This document shows positions 26,964 through 36,077 of a stretch of 64,000 nucleotides of DNA, one piece after another. The notes beneath the pieces are model-generated. The model saw only the letters and a list, made by a program, of their open reading frames with translations. It ran no database searches and was not told the DNA's origin. Location of the stretch: the IMG/VR virus record IMGVR_UViG_3300035698_005365; one strand, given 5' to 3'. A program made the position numbers and the translations under genes. Position 1 is the stretch's first letter, and every line of letters begins with the position of its first letter. Origin of the DNA: an uncultured virus (IMG/VR IMGVR_UViG_3300035698_005365). Lineage: Duplodnaviria > Heunggongvirae > Uroviricota > Caudoviricetes.

Positions 26964-29003
26964 ATGACTTGGAAAAATATAGTATTTGATATCGAGACAT
27001 CTTCTATCTTTGAGAAGACAATCCACATGAGAATGTGGGGCATCTTAGACATAGACTCCGGTCTAATAAAGACTGGAGTTAGTGGTACGGAGTTAGAGCC
27101 GTATATCCGTAATGCTGAATGTATTATAGGATATAATCAGAAGGCGTTTGATTTACCAGTTATAGAACAATATAATATAGCTCCAAGTAAATGGTGTAAC
27201 ATAGTGGACTTATATGAGGTCCTAGCCCCACGCCCACTTAAGGAGGGCGACCCTAAAGGTAAAGGTCGTGCAGCAATCATTGGTGAGTTACGATTAGATG
27301 GTCTCAAAGATAATAGGTTTCCAAATTTAAAACTTGGGACTGTCATTAAACACTTAAAGAAAGTATTTAAAGACAGATATAAGTTTGAGAATTTAAAAGG
27401 AGAGTACGATTATAAAAAATTAAATGGCCCTCTTACTAAAGAAGACCTTCAAGAACTGAAGGTCTATTTAGAAGGAGACCTCCTCGCAACGAGAGACTTA
27501 TATAATTTTTTTGACGATTATTTTTCTGGATTCCAAGTTCTACTTCCTCCAGAAACTAAAGGAAAGAATATTCACATTACAGCATCGACCGCCTCAATAG
27601 GGTATAAAGCCCTCTGTCACAACTGTGACCTCTTAGAGGCATATGGAGACCACGTCTCTATGAAACGCCCTGGGGCCTTTGTATTAGAGCCTCAGGGGCA
27701 AATCTTTTTAGGTGATGGGCGTTGTGTGGACTTTGCCAGTCAGCACCCACACCATCAATGGTCGGCTAATCTATTTACACCTGTTCACAAATGTGAACAT
27801 AAAGTTAATGGCATGTGTCCAAACCCATACAAGGGAGATGGTAAGATCTTTAATCTTGACGGAACTTATTGTAGTTGTGCCATGGGAAAGATTGAAAAGT
27901 TTATTAGAAAATTATATTTCAAGCGGCTGTTTTATAAACGAAAGGCTATCATGCCAGACAGTACTGAGGTTAAGTATGTTAACCTTAAGGTAAATGATAA
28001 GTTCTTATTTATAAATGAAGATACATTTGATTTAGAAACAATCATTATAACAGAAGATAATATTAAATGGTATCATGATTGTGGGCGGACTGGAACAGAT
28101 GCTAGAGAATATACTATCAAAATTATTATTAACGCCATCTATGGTGTATCATATTCACCAGTATTCTTATCAACATATAATGCAACCACTGGTAGAGATA
28201 CAATTAATATGTCGATTCAATCGACTGCCTTCATGATGAAGTGGTTTACCGACCACGGCTATGAAGTAGTCTACTCTGATACTGATTCAGCTTATGTATT
28301 TGATCCATTCAAAAACGAAGAGAGACTCCTTCGAATTATGGAAGAAGGAGTCTCCAAGATTAGGGATGCCCTACCCTTTGTAGACCCTACATATAATATG
28401 ACTGTAGATGCCGAATACGGTGCCCAGTTCTTTCCCAAAGACCCATCATTCAAACCAATGAAGAAGGTTGATGAGAAGAATAAACTATATTTAAAGAAGT
28501 CTTACATTTATATAGACCACTTACCAGAAAATATCGATCAAGTTAGTGATGAAGATCTCGAGAAATATTTCCATATTAAAGGTACCCAGATTGTTAAGGC
28601 TACCTGTACTCAACTATCCAAACATATATTTAAGAAGTATCTATTGCGACCAATGGTTACTAAGTATAACTTTCTATTTGATAAAGATTATATTAGGCGG
28701 TGCATTGATACTGAAATTAGAAATGATGTTACATTGGTTGCTCAGAGATTCTCTGTGAAGCCCACCCAGCATTATGCGTGGACTGGAATATTAAACTATC
28801 ATATCTCTAAGAAGTATGGAGAGGGTGTGCACTTTTTAATTAAGAACGCCGTGATGGGAGTTGGACAAGGTGTCAAGTATTGTACTATTAATGAGGCAAA
28901 GAAGTTGCCTCTGTCGGCGATTGATTTAACTAAGACTTGGTCTGAGCTGTCACCCTTTATAAAAGAAGAACATAAGCAAGAAGATTTAGGGAAGTGGTTT
29001 TAA
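26964..29003 (+). CDS. polB: Family B DNA polymerase with 3'-5' exonuclease
   Basis: ExoI FDIET, ExoII YNQKAFD, ExoIII YLEGD; motif A VDFASQHP, motif B KIIINAIYG, motif C YSDTDS. Confidence 0.92.
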   Translation: MTWKNIVFDIETSSIFEKTIHMRMWGILDIDSGLIKTGVSGTELEPYIRNAECIIGYNQKAFDLPVIEQYNIAPSKWCNIVDLYEVLAPRPLKEGDPKGKGRAAIIGELRLDGLKDNRFPNLKLGTVIKHLKKVFKDRYKFENLKGEYDYKKLNGPLTKEDLQELKVYLEGDLLATRDLYNFFDDYFSGFQVLLPPETKGKNIHITASTASIGYKALCHNCDLLEAYGDHVSMKRPGAFVLEPQGQIFLGDGRCVDFASQHPHHQWSANLFTPVHKCEHKVNGMCPNPYKGDGKIFNLDGTYCSCAMGKIEKFIRKLYFKRLFYKRKAIMPDSTEVKYVNLKVNDKFLFINEDTFDLETIIITEDNIKWYHDCGRTGTDAREYTIKIIINAIYGVSYSPVFLSTYNATTGRDTINMSIQSTAFMMKWFTDHGYEVVYSDTDSAYVFDPFKNEERLLRIMEEGVSKIRDALPFVDPTYNMTVDAEYGAQFFPKDPSFKPMKKVDEKNKLYLKKSYIYIDHLPENIDQVSDEDLEKYFHIKGTQIVKATCTQLSKHIFKKYLLRPMVTKYNFLFDKDYIRRCIDTEIRNDVTLVAQRFSVKPTQHYAWTGILNYHISKKYGEGVHFLIKNAVMGVGQGVKYCTINEAKKLPLSAIDLTKTWSELSPFIKEEHKQEDLGKWF

Positions 29004-29004
29004 G

Positions 29005-29190
29005 ATGAAATTAACTAATGATAAATTAGAAAAAATTAAAGCAATATATCAGAATTGGTACAATAACGATTTAGAAGAAAGCGTATTGGCTATACAGACA
29101 TTATATAAAATAGGAGAGACACTTTACGACAAACCTATTAAAAGTTTGTATCCTAATAAAAACTTATTCATCAATATAGAAGTTGATTGA
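29005..29190 (+). CDS. Hypothetical protein
   Basis: 61 aa, TAAGATG coupling. Confidence 0.5.
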   Translation: MKLTNDKLEKIKAIYQNWYNNDLEESVLAIQTLYKIGETLYDKPIKSLYPNKNLFINIEVD

Positions 29191-29243
29191 GTGCCGTATA
29201 CGTATGTATTGTCTTTTATACTTTAAATAACTACCGATATAAA

Positions 29244-30011
29244 ATGAAAACATTTATAATAGCAGACATCCATGGAAGATATTCCGCCCTCATTGAGATA
29301 TTCAAGAAGGCAGGATTTAATAAGAAGATAGACAGACTTATCATTATAGGAGACGTTGTCGATGGTGGCCCCTCTTCAGCATCTGTAGTTGAGGAACTAT
29401 TAGAGATAGAGCACCGAACCTTTATATATGGAAACCATGACATTCTATTTAAAGAGTTTATAAAGTCTGGTCACATAGATCCTGCATGGATCTCAGTCGG
29501 TGGCCGAGCAACATTACGTTCATATGGATATGAAATATTACCGCCTACAAATTCAATCGACGAGATTGAATTAATGGCGGATGGTGAGATCCCCGACACA
29601 CATAAAGAATTTTTTAATTCTGGGGCCTTCTATCACTTAGAAGATAATATACTTTATGTTCATGGTGGCCTCCGTCCATATATACCACTATCATCCCAGA
29701 CCGAACATGATTTAACTTGGGATAGACTTATGTTTTCAAGGTGGGCACCAATATCAAAGATATCGTTTATGAAGGGAAGAGAGTTATATACACCCAAGCA
29801 TATCTTCTGTGGACATACTACTACACAACTTATAAACAATGGGACACTTCCCCTTACTTATAATAACGTTACTAATATAGATACAGGCGGTGGGTTTGAC
29901 GGAAAATTAACTATGATGGATATCACAGGTTTTATAAAGGGTAATATTAAATCTGTCTCAAGCTGCAGGAAATACCAATCAAAGAAGCAGGTACCAGGTA
30001 TAACTGTCTGA
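29244..30011 (+). CDS. Metallophosphoesterase (Ser/Thr protein phosphatase-like)
   Basis: ADIHG, GDVVDGG, GNHD, VHGG, GHT, NIDTG; start MKTFII. Confidence 0.9.
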   Translation: MKTFIIADIHGRYSALIEIFKKAGFNKKIDRLIIIGDVVDGGPSSASVVEELLEIEHRTFIYGNHDILFKEFIKSGHIDPAWISVGGRATLRSYGYEILPPTNSIDEIELMADGEIPDTHKEFFNSGAFYHLEDNILYVHGGLRPYIPLSSQTEHDLTWDRLMFSRWAPISKISFMKGRELYTPKHIFCGHTTTQLINNGTLPLTYNNVTNIDTGGGFDGKLTMMDITGFIKGNIKSVSSCRKYQSKKQVPGITV

Positions 30012-30461
30012 GATAGTCCTGAGACGCCCATAGTTGCGATCTGAGCCAAGATAATTAACAAGAGGTACATTACTATGACAATTAAAACAACCAGTCAAAT
30101 GATTAGAGAATTAGTTAGAGCAGATATAGAATCCTTTATTAAAAAGAATAAAGGATTATTTGAGGACTTAAAATGAAAGATATTATGATAGAGGATTGGG
30201 ATGAAATGCCTAAGGATAATCGATGTCTTTGTGAGATTAGTATAAATGAAAGTTATCCGTACACATGTAGTTGTTGTGGAAAAAGATGGCGACTGTAATA
30301 TATTTAAATCCCATTCAAATAATTTTAATATTTATGATATTTGGATTTATTGCAGTATCATGTATGAATATATTACTTAAGGTATATAATAAATATTGGC
30401 CAACAAGATAAACTTTATAAATGATTAAAGCTCGCTTTATATATAGGGAGGCTGTTTATAA

Positions 30462-30773
30462 ATGGATGATGGAGCACTATTGGAAGAAATCTGTGAAGGG
30501 TGTACAAAGTATTGTACACTGAAAGAGTTAATGTTACATGGGGGAATGCCAGATAGGATGGCCCTCCAGCTCAAGATGATTGAGCGATTCAAGTGGGAAT
30601 GGAACAAGGGGCAGACAGTAGAGATTGAATGGGATGCAGCTGCCCGCAGATTTATATCAGATGGGTATGCTGCCAAGTTTGCAGGCATATATAATTCGGG
30701 TGAACAGTACCACCATGTAGAAGCAATGTATAAGAATCTGGTACAATATACATCACCACCGAGGAAACCATGA
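30462..30773 (+). CDS. Hypothetical protein (DUF4032-like motif), own promoter
   Basis: IERFKWE...IEWDAA...GYAAKF; TATA at about 30413 and GGGAGG RBS. Confidence 0.6.
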   Translation: MDDGALLEEICEGCTKYCTLKELMLHGGMPDRMALQLKMIERFKWEWNKGQTVEIEWDAAARRFISDGYAAKFAGIYNSGEQYHHVEAMYKNLVQYTSPPRKP

Positions 30774-30870
30774 AGATAAATAAAGAATGGAAGAATAAAT
30801 TCAGAAAATATTTTGACGAATGTCTAGCGGATTCAAAAATAAAAATAGAGAATGGAGAGGAGATAGATTA

Positions 30871-31356
30871 ATGGTATATTATTTTACATCAGACAACCAC
30901 TTTGGGCACAAAGCTATTATTGAATATTGTGGTCGGCCATTTAAAAACACAAAGCAGATGGATACTGAAATGATTAAACGATGGAATTCGACTGTTAGTA
31001 ATAACGATACAGTCTTCCACTTGGGCGACTTCGGTGGCTGGAATAACTTCTCTAAAATGAAGAAGAAGCTCAATGGAAACATCATCCTTATAAAGGGTAA
31101 CCACGACCCCAGTTCTGAGAGCATCGTTAGAGAATTAAAAATTAAACATGGGGGCATCATTTGGACACTGGTCCACAATCCAACAGAGACCGATGCAACT
31201 AATGTTATATGTGGACACGTCCACGAATATTGGAAGATCAAACGAATTAAAAACAAAACATTTGTTAATGTTGGCGTCGACGTTTGGGACTTTTACCCAG
31301 TAACAATTAATCAAATTCTTAAGGCCATAGCGGCCCCTATTATTGTAACTACTTAG
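30871..31356 (+). CDS. Calcineurin-like phosphoesterase
   Basis: YFTSDNHFGH, HLGDF, KGNHD, CGHVH, NVGVD. Confidence 0.9.
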   Translation: MVYYFTSDNHFGHKAIIEYCGRPFKNTKQMDTEMIKRWNSTVSNNDTVFHLGDFGGWNNFSKMKKKLNGNIILIKGNHDPSSESIVRELKIKHGGIIWTLVHNPTETDATNVICGHVHEYWKIKRIKNKTFVNVGVDVWDFYPVTINQILKAIAAPIIVTT

Positions 31357-31376
31357 TTACACAAATAAGTTTAGTG

Positions 31377-31393
31377 CCGAAAGGTTTATAAGT
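31377..31393 (+). promoter_or_regulatory. Archaeal-type promoter (BRE + TATA)
   Basis: CCGAAAGGTTTATAAGT about 30 nt upstream of ATG 31425. Confidence 0.7.
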
Positions 31394-31424
31394 CTAGAAG
31401 TCTATATATACTATAGGAGTGAAC

Positions 31425-31577
31425 ATGATGAAATATACAAGAGATTATTCAATTGAATGGAAAGAAGAGTGCCAAGCAAATAGCTTTGAAGAAGCTGAAA
31501 AAATATTAGATGCACAGGCCGTTAACAATGCTCCCGATATAACTTTTTATGGAGAGGTTGAGAAACATGATGAATAA
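31425..31577 (+). CDS. Small hypothetical protein (50 aa)
   Basis: MMKYTRDYSIEW...; GGAGTGA RBS behind the promoter. Confidence 0.55.
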   Translation: MMKYTRDYSIEWKEECQANSFEEAEKILDAQAVNNAPDITFYGEVEKHDE

Positions 31578-32451
31578 AATAATTAGATTCTTTAAGGGAA
31601 ACTATGAAGATCAATTAGAGAAAAAGAATGTGCACACGGTAGCTATCATAGATGGCCGTGCTCAATGTTTAGTTTCCAAGAAGATTGATATTACCTCATT
31701 AGATAAGAAGGATGTTATAGCATCCACTGTTCGCAGTGGATGGCGGTTCTATAAAACTAAAGTAACTGAGGCAGATATTCCGAAGGCACAAATCCTTAGA
31801 GATAGAGAGATACAGCCAGATGGTACTATGAATGTAGGAACTATTGGAGGGGCAGTCACTTTGTATACATCATATCTTCCAATATCAAAAGCAGCTGCAA
31901 AGAAATTAAAAGATTCTAACCATCATGTTAATGAACAACTATATGGTATTACAAATGCCCACGTTCTTAGTGAACAGTATAGGGCACAGGGTGGAGCAAT
32001 CAAAATGAATAAACCATTTAGAGGCCCTCTATCATTTATAGGACAAGTAATTAGTATGGCAAAGAAAGAGGGGTTCCATGATATTGGAGTATTATATCCA
32101 GTAACCAATTCTGCTAAGAATTGGTTGGAAACTAAACATAATCAAACCTCCCGTGGAACTAGTCGCCCTCCATTATTAACTAAAGTAAATAAATCAGGCA
32201 GAACCACTGGCAATACTGCAGGGAAGATTTATGCATATAATGCAATCTCTTATGTGGCATATCCTTACGGAAGTGTCAAAATAAAGAATCTTATTCTTTG
32301 TAGTTACATGTCAAAGGCGGGCGACTCTGGTTCCATTATCCGGGAAAGTACTACTGGAAAAGCAGTAGCACTTTTATTTGCGGGGAGTAGTAAATATACT
32401 TACGGTATCCCAGCTGATACCATTGAAAGAGATTTTCAAATATATTTTTAA
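31567..32451 (+). CDS. Trypsin-like serine protease
   Basis: GTIG, ITNAHV (His), HDIGV (Asp), KSGRTTGNTAG, AGDSGS (Ser), ALLFAG. Confidence 0.85.
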   Translation: MMNKIIRFFKGNYEDQLEKKNVHTVAIIDGRAQCLVSKKIDITSLDKKDVIASTVRSGWRFYKTKVTEADIPKAQILRDREIQPDGTMNVGTIGGAVTLYTSYLPISKAAAKKLKDSNHHVNEQLYGITNAHVLSEQYRAQGGAIKMNKPFRGPLSFIGQVISMAKKEGFHDIGVLYPVTNSAKNWLETKHNQTSRGTSRPPLLTKVNKSGRTTGNTAGKIYAYNAISYVAYPYGSVKIKNLILCSYMSKAGDSGSIIRESTTGKAVALLFAGSSKYTYGIPADTIERDFQIYF

Positions 32452-32463
32452 TAGGTGAACTAT

Positions 32464-32673
32464 ATGCCAAAAACAAAAACAAAATCAATTGCAGAAATTA
32501 AAGTATATTCTGTATTATTGAAGAATGAAGACAACGAATGGGAAGTTATGAAACTTTTCTACAGGACTGATAAAGATTTAACGACTTGTCAGGCAGCTCG
32601 TGAATATGCAAACGAACTTAAAGTATTATATCCACGAAAAGTAAAAACGAAATCATCAGTACTAACTGTATAA
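32464..32673 (+). CDS. Hypothetical protein
   Basis: AGGTGA RBS then ATG (MPKTKT). Confidence 0.55.
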   Translation: MPKTKTKSIAEIKVYSVLLKNEDNEWEVMKLFYRTDKDLTTCQAAREYANELKVLYPRKVKTKSSVLTV

Positions 32674-32741
32674 GTTAGTACTTATGATTTACTAATTAAA
32701 TGATATTGTGGCTTTATGCTACAATATCTCAAGTGATACTA

Positions 32742-33008
32742 ATGGACATTAAAGAACAAATCGAACACGAATTAGAACAAGAACGTACAGTTGGAAAGAC
32801 GTTGAGATCTATTCCATTTATAGAATTAGATCCATTAACTTTTAATGAAATTGTTAAGAAGGGTTACCAATTAGAGTTTTGTTATGAAATAGAAGAGGAA
32901 GATTATTACATTGGCGATGTTGCAATGACAGAGACCGGTGCAGTAATCGTATTCCCAAACATTAAAGATGAGAAGGGATTACGATCACTAATTAAACATT
33001 ATGGGTGA
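32742..33008 (+). CDS. Hypothetical acidic protein
   Basis: Likely start MDIKEQ. Confidence 0.55.
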   Translation: MDIKEQIEHELEQERTVGKTLRSIPFIELDPLTFNEIVKKGYQLEFCYEIEEEDYYIGDVAMTETGAVIVFPNIKDEKGLRSLIKHYG

Positions 33009-33016
33009 AAAATAAA

Positions 33017-33913
33017 ATGCCAGATTTAAGAACGAATAAACAAGCAAGTATTATTGGAAAGCCATTCGCAGTTGTAAGAGACAATATCTTAGCAACATAT
33101 ATGCGGTGGGACGATGCACAGAAGACGAGTCGTATTGCTCGGATCAATCAGAAGACAAATGATTTTGAAATGTATTCTCGAGATTTAAAACAATGGGTTC
33201 CCATTGAATATAAGAAAGAGGATGGATGGAGAAAACAATTCATGCGTGTTGTGTATTTTGATCAAGAGTATACCTTTGAAAACTTATGGGACAATGAGGC
33301 TAAGAAGGCTGGAACATTTACTACTAGAGTTTTAAAGGTACCGTTAGGATCCTCTGTTGAAACTAAAATTCAAGAGAAGCTTGCCGACGAACGCCGAAGA
33401 GGAAGTACGCCATTTAAGATGTATATGAATCTTACACAGAAGAGTACTGGTGATAGGCCGATTGATGTTGAATATAATTTAGAATTTTCCAAGAATATGG
33501 ACGATGCTGATTTTAACGCAATGATGGCGGCTACTAGTACCGATGGTGGACAGCAACAGTCGTTGGCACCTACGGCACCAACGCCTGCAGTGGCTCCGGC
33601 CCCTACACCAGCCCCAGTAGCAACAGAGACACAGACTGGTGGAACTGCGGCACCAGACTTTAATTTAGATATAGCTCCAGCAGCACCTGCACCCGCTGAA
33701 GAAGACCCAGAAACGACAAGACAGAAACAACTAGTAATTGAAGTTGTAGGTAACATTGAATCTAGAACCACTAGCATCCCAAAGGAAAGTATAGGCAACT
33801 ATAAGGCTAGTATGGTATCTCAGGTGGCTTCATATTTTGAAGCAAACAATATTACATATACAACACCTGAAGCAGTAATCGACGAGTTAATAACAAAAAT
33901 ATCAAGTGCTTAA
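33017..33913 (+). CDS. Hypothetical two-domain protein with Pro/Ala/Thr linker (possible ssDNA-binding replication protein)
   Basis: GGGTGA RBS; APTAPTPAVAPAPTPAP linker; lies among replication genes; function is inference. Confidence 0.5.
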   Translation: MPDLRTNKQASIIGKPFAVVRDNILATYMRWDDAQKTSRIARINQKTNDFEMYSRDLKQWVPIEYKKEDGWRKQFMRVVYFDQEYTFENLWDNEAKKAGTFTTRVLKVPLGSSVETKIQEKLADERRRGSTPFKMYMNLTQKSTGDRPIDVEYNLEFSKNMDDADFNAMMAATSTDGGQQQSLAPTAPTPAVAPAPTPAPVATETQTGGTAAPDFNLDIAPAAPAPAEEDPETTRQKQLVIEVVGNIESRTTSIPKESIGNYKASMVSQVASYFEANNITYTTPEAVIDELITKISSA

Positions 33914-33925
33914 ATAACTTCTAGT

Positions 33926-34002
33926 GGGCCAAGTTCTACGTTTATTGATCTTGATTTACTTGATATGGGGATAACACCCCATATGCTTGGCTCCTTTTTT
34001 TT
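33926..34002 (+). terminator. Hairpin + T-tract terminator
   Basis: GGGCCAAG...CTTGGCTC outer stem, inner ATATGGGG/CCCCATAT stem, then T8. Confidence 0.5.
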
Positions 34003-34094
34003 AATAGTGATGTGATGAATCGGACATTAGGTATATTTGGAGATAATATTGCAGGATTCGAACATGTATTAAAATATTTAAAAGGAGAATTAAA

Positions 34095-34421
34095 ATGAGA
34101 AAAGGCACAAAATATGATTCGGAAAAAATTTTATACAATCTCTTAGACTTTAAATTTATAGATGGTATTGTAAGAATATTAACCATGGGTGCTAAAAAGT
34201 ATGCACCTAAAAATTGGATGTTAGTAGAAGATGCTGAAGAACGATACAAAGCAGCCCTCATGCGACATACTTCATCCTATCTACAAGGAGAAGATTTAGA
34301 TCCTGAGAGTGGAGAGTCACACCTATATCATATAGGATGTTGCTTAATGTTCTTAGATTATTTCAGGAGGCAAAGATGCCACGAGCAAGACACACAACAA
34401 GAAAACAAAGACAAGAGGTGA
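34095..34421 (+). CDS. dATP/dGTP diphosphohydrolase-like protein (DUF5664-like)
   Basis: KYDSEK, LTMGAKKYAPKNW, ALMRH, GEDLDPESGESHLYH. Confidence 0.85.
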   Translation: MRKGTKYDSEKILYNLLDFKFIDGIVRILTMGAKKYAPKNWMLVEDAEERYKAALMRHTSSYLQGEDLDPESGESHLYHIGCCLMFLDYFRRQRCHEQDTQQENKDKR

Positions 34422-34427
34422 TTAATT

Positions 34428-36077
34428 ATTCCGGAAGAAGAAAAGATAGATACAGATGATTTTGAATTAGATCTTTCATTCGCAACAGAAAACCCGAACC
34501 TTTCACAGGTTCGCAAATGGTACGAACATAGGGGCCTTGTTGGTGAAGAGAAACTATCTATATTACAGACATTGCTGGCCATTAAGAAGGCACACTTCGG
34601 TGTAGAAGCCCTCTCTGGTAGTGGTAAGAGTGCATCAGTAGATCTACTCTGCAACTATAAGAAATATGGAGACGACATTCTATTACCGAAAGAGAATGTA
34701 TATATTCTAGGTCTAGCTAGTAAGACAGCGGCCCATTACGATAATGAGGCAATCAATAAAGCTAAACTCATTTATATTGAAGAGTTACAGAAGGCTGGAA
34801 ACTCATTAGAGATGACTGAGCTCCTTAAGAACTTAGGAGAAGGTAAAGAGAATTCTAGAAAAGTTAGAGATCAAGCAAATAGAGAAGTTGTTGATTATAC
34901 TATTAAAGGAGACAAGGGCGTCGTATATACATTGGCCCTCGAGAACCAATATAAGAACGATGCTGAAATGAAACGGCGTTATGTTGTTCTTACAACTGAC
35001 GTCTCCCAGAAGCAAACCAAGAGCGTCGTTAAACGCAAGGGTGCTGAGCGTTTCGCAAAAGATAGATTAAAAATCCTAACAGATAGAGAAGAAGAACATT
35101 TAAAGGCACACATTGCTGACTGTATGACACAGGGAAAGATTAGATATGAGAACCCCTTCGCTGAATACTTAGCCAGCAAGATGCCGACACCCGATCAGAA
35201 GATTCGGAGCTTCACAGATCATTACTTTAATTTAATTGAAGCATGTGCCCTCTATCATTATAAAGAGAGAGTTATGTTTACAACAGGAACTAAGAAGCCA
35301 AGAACACACTTGGTCATCAGTATACAAGACATTATATTAATTAACTTATTATATTCATCATTCTTTAATTGCGATATACACTCAATACCGCCATTAGGAT
35401 TAGAGATCCTCGACGCCTTTAAACATATTGATGTAAAGAAGACTGTTAATGTCACACGTAATATGACAATCTCTGCCTTTGAAGAGAATGATACCACCCC
35501 TAAAGTGTGGGCAGGAGTTGCAGATGTACGAGATTCACTAAAAGAAAATCAGAATATTATCTTAAGCCATAAGGTGGCTAAGGATACCTGTGATGCCCTT
35601 TATAATGCTGGCTATTTAGTAATGAATAGTGGTGCCAAGGGTATGATAGAATATTGTGTAGCAGATAAGGTTACTGACTTCAATGAAGAAATTAACTGGG
35701 AAGAATGTTTCCAATCTGGTTCAGATAATATGAAGAATCTATATTCGGAGCATTTTGATGAATGGTATGCTGTTCAACAAGATGAAGGTAAGATAACATT
35801 CAGACATCCTATTCTAAATGAAGACATAACTTTAGATGTCCATTTAAAAAACATCAAGGCCAAGAAGCATGAAAAAACGAAAACTATATTAAGGAGTAAT
35901 TCCATATATAACTATATACAAAAAATACAGGAGTTTCAACCACTCTCTTCTTCCCAATTGGGATCTTTTGTACCGTTAGAAGTTATCGATCAACTTGTTG
36001 TAGATGATCTTATCTACACGGATGATAAAGGGATGTTTATGGTCCATGATAATATCGAGGTAAAGAATGACGAATAA
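34428..36077 (+). CDS. AAA+ ATPase / replicative helicase (MCM-like or primase-associated); probable ATT start
   Basis: Walker A LSGSGKS, Walker B IYIEE, EMKRR; frame open from 34422; adjacent to primase. Confidence 0.7.
   Translation: MPEEEKIDTDDFELDLSFATENPNLSQVRKWYEHRGLVGEEKLSILQTLLAIKKAHFGVEALSGSGKSASVDLLCNYKKYGDDILLPKENVYILGLASKTAAHYDNEAINKAKLIYIEELQKAGNSLEMTELLKNLGEGKENSRKVRDQANREVVDYTIKGDKGVVYTLALENQYKNDAEMKRRYVVLTTDVSQKQTKSVVKRKGAERFAKDRLKILTDREEEHLKAHIADCMTQGKIRYENPFAEYLASKMPTPDQKIRSFTDHYFNLIEACALYHYKERVMFTTGTKKPRTHLVISIQDIILINLLYSSFFNCDIHSIPPLGLEILDAFKHIDVKKTVNVTRNMTISAFEENDTTPKVWAGVADVRDSLKENQNIILSHKVAKDTCDALYNAGYLVMNSGAKGMIEYCVADKVTDFNEEINWEECFQSGSDNMKNLYSEHFDEWYAVQQDEGKITFRHPILNEDITLDVHLKNIKAKKHEKTKTILRSNSIYNYIQKIQEFQPLSSSQLGSFVPLEVIDQLVVDDLIYTDDKGMFMVHDNIEVKNDE

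Noticed and set aside
34045..34070. Minus-strand GTTCGAATCC T-loop motif suggesting a tRNA or attP
   Set aside because: T-stem has two mismatches, no acceptor or anticodon arms, and no integrase in the window
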